Shown in pieces: positions 34,309 through 45,484 of a stretch of 45,751 nt of DNA. This DNA is from a virus (lineage: Duplodnaviria; Heunggongvirae; Uroviricota; Caudoviricetes). The notes below the pieces were generated by a model. That model was not told the origin of the DNA and did not search any database. It saw only the letters and a program-made list of their open reading frames with translations. The stretch lies in IMG/VR virus record IMGVR_UViG_2537561830_000004. One strand, given 5' to 3'. The translations under genes and the position numbers were made by a program. Each line of letters starts with the position of its first letter. Position 1 is the first letter of the stretch.

Positions 34309-34853
34309 AAACGGGGGCCGAAGCCATCCGGGCGCTGGCCACACAGCTCCCGGCGTTTCGTCAGAAACTGAATGACGGCTGGTATCAGGTGCGCATTGCC
34401 GGGCGTGATGCAGGTGAAACCGAATTATCTGCCCGTCTTAATGAGCCGCTGGCAAATGGTGCCGTGATCCATATCGTGCCGCGTCTGGCGGGAGCTAAAA
34501 GTGGCGGTGTGTTTCAGGTGGTGCTGGGGGCGGCGTTGATTGCGGTGGCATGGTGGAACCCTGTGGGCTGGCTGGGTGCCGCGGCTGTATCGGGCATGTA
34601 TGCGGCAGGGGCCAGTATGATCCTGGGCGGTGTGGCGCAGATGCTGGCACCGAAAGCCAGGACGTCCACGGCAGCCAGTACAGATAACGGCAAACAGAAC
34701 ACCTATTTTTCCTCACTGGATAACATGGTTGCTCAGGGCAATGTTTTGCCTGTTCTGTACGGTGAAATGCGTGTGGGGTCGCGGGTGGTTTCTCAGGAGA
34801 TCAGCACGGCAGACGAAGGGGACGGTGGTCAGGTTGTGGTGATTGGTCGCTGA
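34206..34853 (+). CDS. I: tail assembly protein I
   Basis: 215 aa; overlaps K 3' end; Gly/Ala-rich hydrophobic C-terminal half; start may be the ATG at 34245. Confidence 0.7.
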   Translation: MAATHTLPLASPGMARICLYGDLQRFGRRIDLRVKTGAEAIRALATQLPAFRQKLNDGWYQVRIAGRDAGETELSARLNEPLANGAVIHIVPRLAGAKSGGVFQVVLGAALIAVAWWNPVGWLGAAAVSGMYAAGASMILGGVAQMLAPKARTSTAASTDNGKQNTYFSSLDNMVAQGNVLPVLYGEMRVGSRVVSQEISTADEGDGGQVVVIGR

Positions 34854-34913
34854 TGCAAAATGTTTTATGTGAAACCGCCTCCGGGCGGTTTTGTCGTTTA
34901 TGGAGCATGACGA

Positions 34914-37900
34914 ATGGGTAAAGGCAGCAGTAAGGGGCATACCCCGCGCGAAGCGAAGGATAACCTGAAATCCACGCAGCTGCTGAGTGTGATCGATGCC
35001 ATCAGCGAAGGGCCGATTGAAGGTCCGGTGGATGGATTAAAAAGCGTGCTGCTGAACAGTACACCGGTGCTGGACAGTGAGGGGAATACCAACATCTCCG
35101 GTGTCACGGTGGTGTTCCGGGCAGGTGAGCAGGAGCAGACACCGCCGGAGGGATTTGAATCCTCCGGTTCCGAGACGGTGCTGGGTACGGAAGTGAAATA
35201 CGACACGCCGATCACCCGGACCATCACGTCTGCAAACATCGACCGTCTGCGCTTTACCTTCGGTGTGCAGGCACTGGTGGAAACCACCTCAAAGGGGGAC
35301 CGGAATCCGTCGGAAGTCCGCCTGCTGGTTCAGATCCAGCGTAATGGTGGCTGGGTGACGGAAAAAGACATCACCATTAAGGGCAAAACCACCTCGCAGT
35401 ATCTGGCCTCGGTGGTGGTGGGTAACCTGCCGCCGCGCCCGTTCAATATACGGATGCGCAGGATGACGCCGGACAGCACCACAGACCAGCTGCAGAACAA
35501 AACGCTCTGGTCGTCATACACCGAAATCATCGATGTGAAACAGTGCTACCCGAACACGGCACTGGTCGGCGTGCAGGTGGATTCGGAGCAGTTCGGCAGC
35601 CAGCAGGTGAGCCGTAATTATCATCTGCGCGGGCGCATTCTGCAGGTGCCGTCGAACTATAACCCGCAGACGCGGCAATACAGCGGTATCTGGGACGGAA
35701 CGTTTAAGCCAGCATACAGCAACAACATGGCCTGGTGTCTGTGGGATATGCTGACCCATCCGCGCTACGGCATGGGGAAACGTCTTGGTGCGGCGGATGT
35801 GGACAAATGGGCGCTGTATGTCATCGGCCAGCATTGCGATCAGTCGGTGCCGGACGGTTTTGGCGGCACGGAGCCGCGCATCACCTGTAATGCGTACCTG
35901 ACCACACAGCGCAAGGCGTGGGATGTGCTCAGTGATTTCTGCTCTGCGATGCGCTGTATGCCGGTATGGAACGGGCAGACGCTGACGTTCGTGCAGGACC
36001 GACCGTCGGATAAGGTGTGGACCTATAACCGCAGTAATGTGGTGATGCCGGATGATGGCGCGCCGTTCCGCTACAGCTTCAGCGCCCTGAAGGACCGCCA
36101 TAATGCCGTTGAGGTGAACTGGATTGACCCGAATAACGGCTGGGAGACGGCGACAGAGCTTGTGGAGGACACGCAGGCCATTGCCCGTTACGGTCGTAAC
36201 GTCACGAAGATGGATGCTTTTGGCTGTACCAGCCGGGGGCAGGCACACCGCGCCGGGCTGTGGCTGATTAAAACAGAACTGCTGGAAACGCAGACCGTGG
36301 ACTTCAGCGTGGGTGCCGAAGGGCTTCGCCATGTACCGGGCGATGTCATTGAAATCTGCGATGATGACTATGCCGGTATCCGCACCGGCGGGCGCGTGCT
36401 GGCGGTAAACAGCCAGACCCGGACGCTGACGCTCGACCGTGAAATCACGCTGCCATCTTCCGGCACCACGCTGATAAGCCTGGTTGACGGGCAGGGGAGT
36501 CCGGTCAGCGTGGAGGTCCAGTCCATCACCGACGGCGTGAAGGTGAAAGTGAGCCGGGTTCCTGACGGCGTTGCCGAGTACAGCGTGTGGGGGCTGAAGC
36601 TGCCGACGCTGCGCCAGCGCCTGTTCCGCTGTGTGAGTATCCGTGAGAACGACGACGGTACGTATGCCATCACTGCAGTGCAGCATGTACCGGAGAAAGA
36701 AGCCATCGTGGATAACGGGGCGCACTTTGACGGTAACCAGAGCGGCACGGTGAATGGTGTCACGCCGCCAGCAGTGCAGCATCTGACCGCCGAAGTCACC
36801 GCAGACAGCGGGGAATACCAGGTGCTGGTCCGCTGGGACACGCCGAAGGTGGTGAAGGGGGTGAGCTTTATGCTTCGCCTGACCGTGGCAGCGGATGACG
36901 GCAGTGAGCGGCTGGTCAGCACGGCCCGGACGACGGAAACCACTTACCGCTTCACACAACTGGCTCTGGGGAACTACAGGCTGACAGTCCGGGCAGTAAA
37001 TGCATGGGGACAGCAGGGCGATCCGGCGTCGGTATCGTTCCGGATTGCCGCACCGGCAGCGCCGTCGCGGATTGAGCTGACGCCGGGCTATTTTCAGATA
37101 ACCGCCACGCCGCATCTTGCGGTTTATGATCCGACGGTACAGTTTGAGTTCTGGTTCTCGGAAAAGCGGATTGCGGATATCAGGCAGGTTGAAACCACAG
37201 CCCGCTATCTTGGTACGGCGCTGTACTGGATAGCCGCCAGTATCAATATCAAACCGGGCCATGATTATTATTTTTACGTTCGCAGTGTGAACACCGTTGG
37301 CAAATCGGCATTCGTGGAGGCTGTCGGTCGGGCGAGCGATGATGCGGAAGGTTACCTGGATTTTTTCAAAGGAGAAATCGGGAAAACACATCTGGCCCAG
37401 GAGTTGTGGACGCAGATTGATAACGGTCAGCTTGCGCCTGACCTGGCTGAAATCAGGACATCCATTACGGATGTCAGCAATGAAATCACGCAGACCGTCA
37501 ATAAGAAACTGGAAGACCAGAGTGCGGCAATTCAGCAGATACAGAAGGTTCAGGTTGATACAAATAATAACCTGAACAGCATGTGGGCTGTGAAGCTGCA
37601 GCAGATGCAGGACGGACGCCTTTATATCGCGGGTATTGGTGCCGGTATTGAGAACACCCCTGACGGCATGCAGAGTCAGGTGCTGCTGGCGGCAGACAGG
37701 ATTGCGATGATTAATCCTGCGAATGGCAACACAAAGCCGATGTTTGTTGGGCAGGGCGATCAGATATTCATGAACGACGTGTTCCTGAAACGCCTGACGG
37801 CTCCCACCATTACCAGCGGCGGTAATCCTCCGGTATTTTCCCTGACACCGAACGGGCGGCTGACGGCGAAAAATGCCGATATCAGCGGTAACGTGAATGC

Positions 37901-38393
37901 GAACTCCGGGACGCTCAACAACGTCACGATTAACGAGAACTGTCGGGTTCTGGGAAAACTGTCCGCCAACCAGATTGAAGGCGATCTCGTTAAAACAGTG
38001 GGCAAAGCTTTCCCCCGGGACTCCCGTGCACCGGAACGGTGGCCATCAGGGACCATCACCGTCAGGGTTTATGACGATCAGCCGTTTGACCGGCAGATTG
38101 TTATTCCGGCGGTGGCATTCAGCGGCGCTAAACATGAGAGGGAGAATAACGATATTTACTCCTCATGCCGCCTGATAGTGAAGAAAAATGGTGCTGAAAT
38201 TTATAACCGTACCGCGCTGGATAATACGCTGATTTACAGTGGTGTTATTGATATGCCAGCTGGTCACGGCCACATGACGCTGGAGTTTTCGGTGTCAGCA
38301 TGGCTGGTAAATGACTGGTATCCCACAGCAAGTATCAGCGATTTGCTGGTTGTGGTGATGAAGAAAGCCACCGCAGGCATCAGTATCAGCTGA
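34914..38393 (+). CDS. J: host specificity / central tail fibre protein J
   Basis: 1159 aa; GGAG RBS; size and order as lambda J. Confidence 0.9.
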   Translation: MGKGSSKGHTPREAKDNLKSTQLLSVIDAISEGPIEGPVDGLKSVLLNSTPVLDSEGNTNISGVTVVFRAGEQEQTPPEGFESSGSETVLGTEVKYDTPITRTITSANIDRLRFTFGVQALVETTSKGDRNPSEVRLLVQIQRNGGWVTEKDITIKGKTTSQYLASVVVGNLPPRPFNIRMRRMTPDSTTDQLQNKTLWSSYTEIIDVKQCYPNTALVGVQVDSEQFGSQQVSRNYHLRGRILQVPSNYNPQTRQYSGIWDGTFKPAYSNNMAWCLWDMLTHPRYGMGKRLGAADVDKWALYVIGQHCDQSVPDGFGGTEPRITCNAYLTTQRKAWDVLSDFCSAMRCMPVWNGQTLTFVQDRPSDKVWTYNRSNVVMPDDGAPFRYSFSALKDRHNAVEVNWIDPNNGWETATELVEDTQAIARYGRNVTKMDAFGCTSRGQAHRAGLWLIKTELLETQTVDFSVGAEGLRHVPGDVIEICDDDYAGIRTGGRVLAVNSQTRTLTLDREITLPSSGTTLISLVDGQGSPVSVEVQSITDGVKVKVSRVPDGVAEYSVWGLKLPTLRQRLFRCVSIRENDDGTYAITAVQHVPEKEAIVDNGAHFDGNQSGTVNGVTPPAVQHLTAEVTADSGEYQVLVRWDTPKVVKGVSFMLRLTVAADDGSERLVSTARTTETTYRFTQLALGNYRLTVRAVNAWGQQGDPASVSFRIAAPAAPSRIELTPGYFQITATPHLAVYDPTVQFEFWFSEKRIADIRQVETTARYLGTALYWIAASINIKPGHDYYFYVRSVNTVGKSAFVEAVGRASDDAEGYLDFFKGEIGKTHLAQELWTQIDNGQLAPDLAEIRTSITDVSNEITQTVNKKLEDQSAAIQQIQKVQVDTNNNLNSMWAVKLQQMQDGRLYIAGIGAGIENTPDGMQSQVLLAADRIAMINPANGNTKPMFVGQGDQIFMNDVFLKRLTAPTITSGGNPPVFSLTPNGRLTAKNADISGNVNANSGTLNNVTINENCRVLGKLSANQIEGDLVKTVGKAFPRDSRAPERWPSGTITVRVYDDQPFDRQIVIPAVAFSGAKHERENNDIYSSCRLIVKKNGAEIYNRTALDNTLIYSGVIDMPAGHGHMTLEFSVSAWLVNDWYPTASISDLLVVVMKKATAGISIS

Positions 38394-38412
38394 ATTTTAT
38401 AACCCATATACG

Positions 38413-38437
38413 GGCGCCAGAAATGGCGCCTTTTTTA
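38413..38437 (+). terminator. intrinsic terminator after J
   Basis: GGCGCC-AGAAAT-GGCGCC followed by TTTTTT. Confidence 0.55.
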
Positions 38438-38460
38438 TTGCAGAAAAGCGAGAGGTAATT

Positions 38461-39060
38461 ATGCGTAAAGTTTGTGCAGCCATTTTGTCCGCAGCCATCT
38501 GTCTGGCCGTATCCGGTGCGCCTGCATGGGCGTCTGAGCAGCAGGCCACACTGAGCGCAGGGTATCTTCATGCCCGTACGAACGCTCCCGGCAGCGATAA
38601 TCTGAACGGGATTAACGTGAAATACCGTTATGAGTTTACGGACGCGCTGGGGCTGATTACGTCCTTCAGTTATGCCAATGCTGAGGATGAGCAAAAAACG
38701 CGCTACAGCGATACCCGCTGGCATGAAGATTCCGTGCGTAACCGCTGGTTCAGCGTGATGGCGGGGCCGTCTGTACGCGTGAATGAATGGTTCAGCGCGT
38801 ATGCGATGGTGGGTGTGGCTTACAGCCGTGTGTCGACTTTCTCCGGGGATTATCTCCGCGTAACTGACAACAAGGGGAAAACGCACGATGTGCTGACCGG
38901 AAGTGATGACGGTCGCCACAGCAACATGTCTCTGGCGTGGGGGGCTGGCGTGCAGTTTAACCCGACCGAATCCGTGGCCATTGATGTCGCTTATGAAGGC
39001 TCCGGCAGTGGCGACTGGCGCACTGACGGTTTCATCGTGGGTGTCGGTTATAAGTTCTGA
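38461..39060 (+). CDS. lom: Lom/Ail-family outer membrane beta-barrel protein
   Basis: 199 aa; signal peptide ending AWA; C-terminal Phe; position after J as in lambda. Confidence 0.85.
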   Translation: MRKVCAAILSAAICLAVSGAPAWASEQQATLSAGYLHARTNAPGSDNLNGINVKYRYEFTDALGLITSFSYANAEDEQKTRYSDTRWHEDSVRNRWFSVMAGPSVRVNEWFSAYAMVGVAYSRVSTFSGDYLRVTDNKGKTHDVLTGSDDGRHSNMSLAWGAGVQFNPTESVAIDVAYEGSGSGDWRTDGFIVGVGYKF

Positions 39061-39086
39061 TTAGCCAGGTAACACAGTGTTATGAC

Positions 39087-39114
39087 AGCCCGCCGGTTCT
39101 GGCGGGCTTTTTTG
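39087..39114 (+). terminator. intrinsic terminator after lom
   Basis: GCCCGCC-GGTTCT-GGCGGGC followed by TTTTT. Confidence 0.55.
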
Positions 39115-39118
39115 TGGG

Positions 39119-41602
39119 GTGAATATGGCAGTAAAGATTTCAGGTGTACTGAAAGACGGTGCAGGTAAACCGGTACAGAACTGTACAATCCAGCTGAAAG
39201 CAAAACGTAACAGCACCACGGTGGTGGCGAACACGGTGGCCTCAGAAAATCCGGATGAAGCCGGGCGTTACAGCATGGACGTTGAGTACGGTCAGTACAG
39301 CGTTATTCTGTTGGTGGAAGGCTTCCCGCCATCGCATGCCGGGACCATCACCGTGTATGAAGACTCACAACCGGGTACGCTGAATGATTTTCTCGGTGCC
39401 ATGACGGAGGATGATGTCCGTCCGGAGGCACTGCGCCGCTTTGAACTGATGGTGGAAGAGGTGGCGCGTAACGCGTCCGCAGTGGCACAGAACACGGCAG
39501 CCGCGAAGAAGTCAGCCAGCGATGCCGGCACATCAGCCCGTGAGGCGGCAACCCGTGCAACTGATGCTGCAGGCTCAGCACGTGCAGCCAGCACGTCAGC
39601 CGGACAGGCCGCGTCGTCGGCTCAGTCAGCGTCTTCCAGCGCAGGAACAGCATCAACAAAGGCCACTGAAGCATCAAAAAGTGCTGCCGCCGCAGAGTCC
39701 TCAAAAAGCGCGGCAGCTACCAGTGCCAGTGCCGCGAAAACGTCAGAAACGAATGCGGCAGCGTCACAAAAATCTGCAGCCACTTCTGCATCCGCCGCGA
39801 CCACAAAGGCGTCAGAAGCTGCCACCTCGGCACGGGGTGCGGCGGCCTCAAAAGAGGCAGCGAAATCATCAGAAACGAATGCATCATCAAGTGCCAGTAA
39901 TGCAGCTTCCTCGGCAACGGCGGCAGGAAATTCCGCGAAGGCGGCAAAAACGTCCGAGACGAACGCTAAGTCTTCTGAAACAGCAGCGGGACAGAGCGCC
40001 TCAGCTGCGGCAGGTTCAAAAACAGCGGCTGCGTCGTCTGCCAGTGCCGCGTCAACAAGTGCCGGGCAGGCCTCAGCCAGTGCCACCGCCGCCGGAAAAT
40101 CGGCAGAAAGCGCCGCATCATCCGCTTCAACAGCCACAACGAAGGCGGGCAAAGCCACTGAGCAAGCCACTGCAGCAGCGAGGTCTTCTTCTGCAGCAAA
40201 AACCTCTGAAACAAATGCAAAGACTTCAGCAGACAATGCTGCTTCCTCTAAGGCGGCAGCCGCATCGTCAGCCAGTTCTGCGGCGTCATCGGCATCATCT
40301 GCGTCTGCTTCAAAAGATGAGGCGACCAGACAGGCGTCAGCAGCGAAGGGCAGCGCCACGACGGCATCCACGAAAGCAACAGAGGCGGCAGGCAGTGCGA
40401 CGGCAGCATCTCAGAGCAAAACTGCTGCTGAATCCGCTGCGACCCGTGCGGAAGCTGCTGCTGATCGTGCTGAAGAGATTGCCGGTGCAGTTGCGATGGA
40501 AGACGCAAGCCTTACAACTAAAGGTGTTGTGAAACTTAGCAGTGCTGTTGATAGCACCAGTGAATCGCTGGCCGCAACGCCAAAAGCAGTTAAAGCAGCC
40601 AATGACAATGCGAATAGCAGGGTGCCATCTAACCGAAAAGTTAACGGTAAAGCACTGACTGCGGATATCACTTTAACCGCCGCGCATGTGGCTGCTTTTG
40701 CCAGAAGGGCAACGGATACGTATGCCGATGCGGATGGTGGCGTTCCCTGGAATGCCGAATCAGGCGCTTACAATGTCACCCGCTCTGGCGACAGCTATAT
40801 TCTGGTTAACTTCTATACCGGAGTCGGAAGTTGCCGGACCCTGCAGATGAAGGCGCATTACAGAAATGGTGGTCTGTTCTACCGTTCTTCAAGAGACGGT
40901 TATGGTTTTGAAAGTGGTTGGGAGCAGGTTTACACGACTGGATTTAGACCTCAGCCGGCTGATATAAACGCACCAACCGCTGCCGCCGGATGGTTAAATA
41001 GTGGTAACGGAACAGCATTTACGACTGCTCAGTTTATAACGTGGCTAAATAATCAGGGTGCATTTTCAAACAAATATTGGATTGCACGGTGCTCATGGGT
41101 TTACGCCAACAATAATTATATAGACGACACTGGTTGCGGTAGGATCGATCTATCTGGTTCCGTGATTGAGGTGTTTAGTAATAAGGCAACAAGCAATTAC
41201 ACTATTCGTGTTACAACGACAACAACATCGGGTCATGGTGGTGTTAATAATGCGGAATTTATTTATGTGTACAATGGAAGTGGTTATGCGCCAGGCTGGC
41301 GTCGTTCTTATAACACCAGAAACAAACCAACAGCTTCTGATGTAGGAGCATTACCGCTTTCAGGTGGCACATTATCTGGGGGGGTAACGTCTTCTGGTGA
41401 GATCGTTTCAAAATATGCAAATGGTTTCCGCATTGCTTACGGTAACTATGGGTTCTTTATCCGTAATGACGGCGGCAGCACATATTTCATGCTAACAGCA
41501 TCAGGAGATACGTTAGGTTCATGGAACAGTTTGCGACCGATTACAATTAATAATACCAGCGGTGTTGTGTCCATTGGTAATGAACTGCGCCCCAAAGGTT
41601 AG
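39119..41602 (+). CDS. stf: side tail fibre (Stf) N-terminal portion, ORF interrupted by an IS insertion
   Basis: 827 aa ORF with Ala/Ser-rich repeat region (KTSETNA units); reading frame runs into the IS left inverted repeat and stops at 41602. Confidence 0.75.
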   Translation: MNMAVKISGVLKDGAGKPVQNCTIQLKAKRNSTTVVANTVASENPDEAGRYSMDVEYGQYSVILLVEGFPPSHAGTITVYEDSQPGTLNDFLGAMTEDDVRPEALRRFELMVEEVARNASAVAQNTAAAKKSASDAGTSAREAATRATDAAGSARAASTSAGQAASSAQSASSSAGTASTKATEASKSAAAAESSKSAAATSASAAKTSETNAAASQKSAATSASAATTKASEAATSARGAAASKEAAKSSETNASSSASNAASSATAAGNSAKAAKTSETNAKSSETAAGQSASAAAGSKTAAASSASAASTSAGQASASATAAGKSAESAASSASTATTKAGKATEQATAAARSSSAAKTSETNAKTSADNAASSKAAAASSASSAASSASSASASKDEATRQASAAKGSATTASTKATEAAGSATAASQSKTAAESAATRAEAAADRAEEIAGAVAMEDASLTTKGVVKLSSAVDSTSESLAATPKAVKAANDNANSRVPSNRKVNGKALTADITLTAAHVAAFARRATDTYADADGGVPWNAESGAYNVTRSGDSYILVNFYTGVGSCRTLQMKAHYRNGGLFYRSSRDGYGFESGWEQVYTTGFRPQPADINAPTAAAGWLNSGNGTAFTTAQFITWLNNQGAFSNKYWIARCSWVYANNNYIDDTGCGRIDLSGSVIEVFSNKATSNYTIRVTTTTTSGHGGVNNAEFIYVYNGSGYAPGWRRSYNTRNKPTASDVGALPLSGGTLSGGVTSSGEIVSKYANGFRIAYGNYGFFIRNDGGSTYFMLTASGDTLGSWNSLRPITINNTSGVVSIGNELRPKG
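39700..40270. repeat. imperfect tandem coding repeats within stf
   Basis: recurring GC(G/A)(G/A)C(G/A)AAA(A/T)C(G/A)TC(A/C)GA(A/G)AC(G/A)AA(T/C)GC units at about 39733, 39862, 39937, 40195. Confidence 0.45.
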
Positions 41603-41627
41603 ACACCAGACCAAAAACTGAGGATGC

Positions 41628-42134
41628 ATGGAAAAGTTTTCATTGGAGTTCAAAAAGGTAGTATCAGAAAAGTACCTGGAGGGAGAGTTGAGTCTGAAAT
41701 CTGTAGCAAGGATGTACGGTATCAGTCCCTGCACAGTAAGAAAATGGGCTTATGCCTATCGGGAACATGGGATAAGCATACTTACGGGTAAAAAAGGACG
41801 CTATTCTGCTGAGTTAAAACTCACAGTAGTAAAAGAAGTCGTGGATGACTGTTTTTCTGTTCGTGAAGTAGCGGTAAAACACGGAATACCAGCCTTTGGT
41901 ACTGTATGCAACTGGCTTGAAAAATATAGAAAATATGGCGAAGATGCTTTCATTCGAAAAAATAAAAAGAGTATTCCTGTGCCGGATAAAAGCGCCATTT
42001 CAGCACCACCACTACCAACATTAACCAAAGATGAGAGAGAAGAACTTGAACAACTCAGGGTCGAGAATGCCTACTTAAAAAAGCTGAAAGCCTTGGTTCA
42101 GCAGAAAACATGCTCAACGTTCAGGAAAAAGTGA
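41628..42134 (+). CDS. IS3-family transposase OrfA (HTH)
   Basis: 168 aa with HTH segments; ends with LKKLKAL leucine-zipper region containing the A AAA AAG slippery site. Confidence 0.8.
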   Translation: MEKFSLEFKKVVSEKYLEGELSLKSVARMYGISPCTVRKWAYAYREHGISILTGKKGRYSAELKLTVVKEVVDDCFSVREVAVKHGIPAFGTVCNWLEKYRKYGEDAFIRKNKKSIPVPDKSAISAPPLPTLTKDEREELEQLRVENAYLKKLKALVQQKTCSTFRKK

Positions 42135-42973
42135 GCATTGTGAATGAACTAAGGCAGGAATGGCCATTGTCCCGATTGTTAATTGTTTCCGGGCTGCCCC
42201 GGAGTACATTTTACTATCATGTCAGACGGCTTGCTGCTCCTGACCGGTATCAGTCTGCCAGAGCGCTTGTGCTGAAAATTTATCACCAGCACAAAGGCCG
42301 CTATGGTTACAGACGCATCAGGCTGGCATGTCGTAACGAGGGGGTTTTACTTAATGGTAAAACCGTCAGAAAACTGATGAAGGAACTGGGTATTAGCAGC
42401 CTGATCCGCGTTAAAAAATACCGTTCATATAAAGGAGAACAAGGACGAATTTGCGATAATCTCCTGAAACGCAATTTTGATGCAAAACGCCCCAACGAGA
42501 AGTGGGTTACAGATGTCACTGAATTTAAAGTGAATGGCAAGAAGCTGTATTTGTCGCCCGTCATGGATCTTTATAATGGAGAAATAATTTCCTATAACCT
42601 CGCCACTCGCCCTCAACCTTCAATGGTGCAGACTATGCTTACGGATGCGCTGAAACAGCTGTCGAAAGATGAACACCCCATACTGCACAGCGATCAAGGT
42701 TGGCAATATCAGATGTCCCGGTGGCAACGATGGTTAAAGGATAGCGGTATAGTCCAGAGTATGTCTCGCCGGGGAAATTGTCTTGATAATGCAGTTATAG
42801 AGAGCTTTTTTGGAACATTGAAATCAGAATGTTATTACCTCAATGAATATAAAAATGTGGAGGACTTAAAGCGAGACATCATTGATTACATAAACTATTA
42901 TAATCAATTGAGGATAAAGGAAAAACTTGGCGGTCTTAGCCCGGTACAATATCGATTGAGTCAGGCTGCATAA
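42110..42973 (+). CDS. IS3-family transposase OrfB (DDE catalytic domain), in -1 frame relative to OrfA
   Basis: 287 aa in the -1 frame, overlapping OrfA by about 25 nt; DDE-type integrase-like sequence. Confidence 0.8.
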   Translation: MLNVQEKVSIVNELRQEWPLSRLLIVSGLPRSTFYYHVRRLAAPDRYQSARALVLKIYHQHKGRYGYRRIRLACRNEGVLLNGKTVRKLMKELGISSLIRVKKYRSYKGEQGRICDNLLKRNFDAKRPNEKWVTDVTEFKVNGKKLYLSPVMDLYNGEIISYNLATRPQPSMVQTMLTDALKQLSKDEHPILHSDQGWQYQMSRWQRWLKDSGIVQSMSRRGNCLDNAVIESFFGTLKSECYYLNEYKNVEDLKRDIIDYINYYNQLRIKEKLGGLSPVQYRLSQAA

Positions 42974-43002
42974 GTTGTCCAAGATCTGGGGCGCAGTTCA
43001 GT

Positions 43003-44121
43003 AATGGACTAAATGTTACTGGTGGCGTTAATGGTAGTTTGAACGGTAATGCTTCAACAGCTACGAAGTTGCAAACAGCGAGAAACATCAATGGTGTTAA
43101 GTTTGATGGCTCAGGCGATATCAACATTAATACATTGGTATCTCGTGGCCGAGTTACGGCGTTAAGCGGCTCTACTCAAGGCACTGCTGGCATTCAAATG
43201 TACGAGGCGTACAACAATAGCTACCCGACCATGTATGGCAACGTATTGCACATGAAAGGTGCGAGTGCTGCTGGTGAGGGCGAGTTGCTTATTGGCTGGA
43301 GTGGTACGAGCGGTGCACATGCGCCAGTTTTCATTCGCTCACGAAGAGATAACACAGATGCGGCATGGTCGCCGTGGGCGCAGCTTTACACCTCGGCTCA
43401 TCCTCCTGCAGAGTTTTATCCAGTCGGTGCACCAATCCCGTGGCCATCAGATACCGTTCCGTTTGGTTATGCCCTGATGCATGGGCAGACTTTTGACAAA
43501 TCTGCATACCCGAAACTTGCAGCCGCTTATCCGTCAGGCGTGATCCCTGATATGCGTGGCTGGACGATTAAGGGCAAACCTGCCAGTGGTCGCGCCGTAT
43601 TGTCTCAGGAACAGGACGGCATTAAATCGCACACCCACAGCGCCAGCGCATCCAGTACGGATTTGGGGACGAAAACCACATCGTCGTTTGATTACGGCAC
43701 TAAATCCACGAATAACACCGGGGCGCATACGCACAGTCTGAGTGGCTCTACGGGGTCTGCCGGTGTTCATACTCATGGTAATGGTATTCGTTGGCCAGGA
43801 GGCGGCGGTTCTGCGTTAGCATTTTATGATGGCGGTGGGTTCACTTATGTCCAGAATTCACAGTATCAAGTAAGCCCGGAGACTTCTTCCTATAGATCGT
43901 ATTATCAACGTATTCAGACACAGTCAGCAGGTGCTCATACCCACTCGCTGTCTGGTACTGCAGCAAGTTCTGGCGCACATGCACATACTGTAGGTATTGG
44001 TGCGCATACGCACTCCGTTGCGATTGGTTCACATGGACACACCATCACCGTTAACGCTGCGGGTAACGCGGAAAACACCGTCAAAAACATCGCATTTAAC
44101 TATATTGTGAGGCTTGCATAA
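43003..44121 (+). CDS. stf: side tail fibre (Stf) C-terminal portion, separated from the N-terminal part by the IS
   Basis: in frame with the stf N-terminal part once the IS and one GTAA copy are removed; His-rich HTHS/HxH repeats typical of Stf/gp37 C-termini; internal ATG at 43039. Confidence 0.7.
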   Translation, partial: NGLNVTGGVNGSLNGNASTATKLQTARNINGVKFDGSGDININTLVSRGRVTALSGSTQGTAGIQMYEAYNNSYPTMYGNVLHMKGASAAGEGELLIGWSGTSGAHAPVFIRSRRDNTDAAWSPWAQLYTSAHPPAEFYPVGAPIPWPSDTVPFGYALMHGQTFDKSAYPKLAAAYPSGVIPDMRGWTIKGKPASGRAVLSQEQDGIKSHTHSASASSTDLGTKTTSSFDYGTKSTNNTGAHTHSLSGSTGSAGVHTHGNGIRWPGGGGSALAFYDGGGFTYVQNSQYQVSPETSSYRSYYQRIQTQSAGAHTHSLSGTAASSGAHAHTVGIGAHTHSVAIGSHGHTITVNAAGNAENTVKNIAFNYIVRLA

Positions 44122-44705
44122 TGGCATTCAGAATGAGTGAACAAGCACGGACCATAAAAATTTATAATCTGCTGGCCGGAACTAATGAATTTATTGGTGA
44201 AGGTGACGCATATATTCCGCCTCATACAGGTCTGCCAGCAAACAGTACCGATATTGCACCACCAGATATTCCTGCTGGCTTTGTGGCTGTTTTCAACAGT
44301 GATGAGGCATCGTGGCATCTCGTTGAAGACCATCGGGGTAAAACGGTTTATGACGTAGCTTCCGGCGACGCGTTATTTATTTCTGAACTCGGCTTATTAC
44401 CGGAAAATGTTACCTGGTTATCGCCGGAAGGGGAGTTTCAGAAGTGGAACGGCACAGCCTGGGTGAAGGATACGGAAGCAGAAAAACTGTTCCGGATCCG
44501 GGAGGCGGAAGAAACAAAAAACAACCTGATGCAGGTAGCCAGTGAGCATATTGCGCCGCTTCAGGATGCTGCAGATCTGGAAATTGCAACGGAGGAAGAA
44601 ACCTCATTGCTGGAAGCCTGGAAAAAGTATCGGGTGTTGCTGAACCGTGTTGATACATCAACTGCACCTGATATTGAGTGGCCTACGAACCCTGTCAGGG
44701 AGTAA
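44121..44705 (+). CDS. tfa: tail fibre assembly protein Tfa
   Basis: 194 aa; ATGGCATTC start overlapping stf stop; conserved C-terminal region repeated again at 45592-45751. Confidence 0.8.
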   Translation: MAFRMSEQARTIKIYNLLAGTNEFIGEGDAYIPPHTGLPANSTDIAPPDIPAGFVAVFNSDEASWHLVEDHRGKTVYDVASGDALFISELGLLPENVTWLSPEGEFQKWNGTAWVKDTEAEKLFRIREAEETKNNLMQVASEHIAPLQDAADLEIATEEETSLLEAWKKYRVLLNRVDTSTAPDIEWPTNPVRE

Positions 44706-44719
44706 TCATTGGGATTATG

Positions 44720-44768
44720 CCGCAGCACGTCTTAAGCAAGAACGTGCTGCGGTTGGATGCTATTTTTT
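44720..44768 (+). terminator. hairpin terminator between convergent tfa and methyltransferase genes
   Basis: CCGCAGCACG (44720-44729) pairs perfectly with CGTGCTGCGG (44743-44752); T-rich tract follows. Confidence 0.45.
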
Positions 44769-45428
44769 CCCTGAAGCGGAAAACATTACTACAGTACCTT
44801 GAACCTTGGTTTTAACATTCTCGAAATGCTCTGAGAGTATATGTGTTAAGCCTTCTTCGGAATCTTTTGTGTTTGAAAAGATGCCTTTCTGATTGTAAAT
44901 GCGCATCAGTTTTTGACCGAAGCTATTGTGCACAACTCCATCGCCAAGAATTGTGGCTCCGTATAGAGTTCCATCGTCAGTTAAGGCCTGCGCCGCATTG
45001 CGTATTACACAGCTTTTTGTAGATATATTTCCAGGCAGGCAGTGAAGAAGGTAAAACATGGAAATGGAATCAAATTGACCATGTAACGCCGCGGGATAAG
45101 GTTCAAAAACATCATGGCTAATTTTATGTTTAATTTTTGATTCCCCAGCCCTTGTAGATGCCGCGTTCAGGCTAGCTTCGTTCAAATCCATTAAAGATAT
45201 CAGACTACTCTCAGGTACGTGAGTAAGGTAAAACCCAGTTCCAACACCAATATCCAGATGGTTGTTACCTAAATGTTCCAGAAAGTGTGGAAGAAGGTGT
45301 TCCTTTGTAGGACATCCCCATGCAAGCCGATTTGATACTCCCAAAACCCACCAGTCATAAAGCTTTAGGGTAAGTGGTGTGTAAATTTTAGCCCCATCAT
45401 CTGTGTTTTTTTTCATTGATTTCACCAT
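44760..45428 (-). CDS. class I SAM-dependent methyltransferase (cargo gene between tfa repeats)
   Basis: 222 aa; motif I LDIGVGTG; about 40% GC; opposite strand to the tail genes. Confidence 0.65.
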   Translation of the reverse strand: MVKSMKKNTDDGAKIYTPLTLKLYDWWVLGVSNRLAWGCPTKEHLLPHFLEHLGNNHLDIGVGTGFYLTHVPESSLISLMDLNEASLNAASTRAGESKIKHKISHDVFEPYPAALHGQFDSISMFYLLHCLPGNISTKSCVIRNAAQALTDDGTLYGATILGDGVVHNSFGQKLMRIYNQKGIFSNTKDSEEGLTHILSEHFENVKTKVQGTVVMFSASGKK

Positions 45429-45484
45429 GTTATAGTTTTATTTGTGAATTAAATCAATTATGGCGATGAATTACAAGGGGTTAA

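Larger units (their letters stand above)
41581..43000 (+). mobile_element. IS3-family insertion sequence (IS150-like group), about 1420 bp, with terminal inverted repeats and 4 bp GTAA target duplication
   Basis: left end TGAACTGCGCCCCA matches reverse complement of right end TGGGGCGCAGTTCA; flanking GTAA at 41577-41580 and 43001-43004; two overlapping transposase ORFs. Confidence 0.85.

Noticed and set aside
35514-37391. 625 aa minus-strand ORF lying entirely inside tail gene J
   Set aside because: Antisense to a well-supported 1159 aa structural gene; Arg/Pro/His-rich low-complexity translation typical of a GC-rich antisense frame; no RBS context. The 36368..36943 ORF is rejected for the same reason.
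39522-40532. 336 aa plus-strand and 249 aa minus-strand (39622..40371) ORFs overlapping stf
   Set aside because: Artefacts of the Ala/Ser codon repeats in stf; the translations are homopolymer-like (poly-Q/R/P or poly-A/D) and sit in alternative frames of a confident gene.
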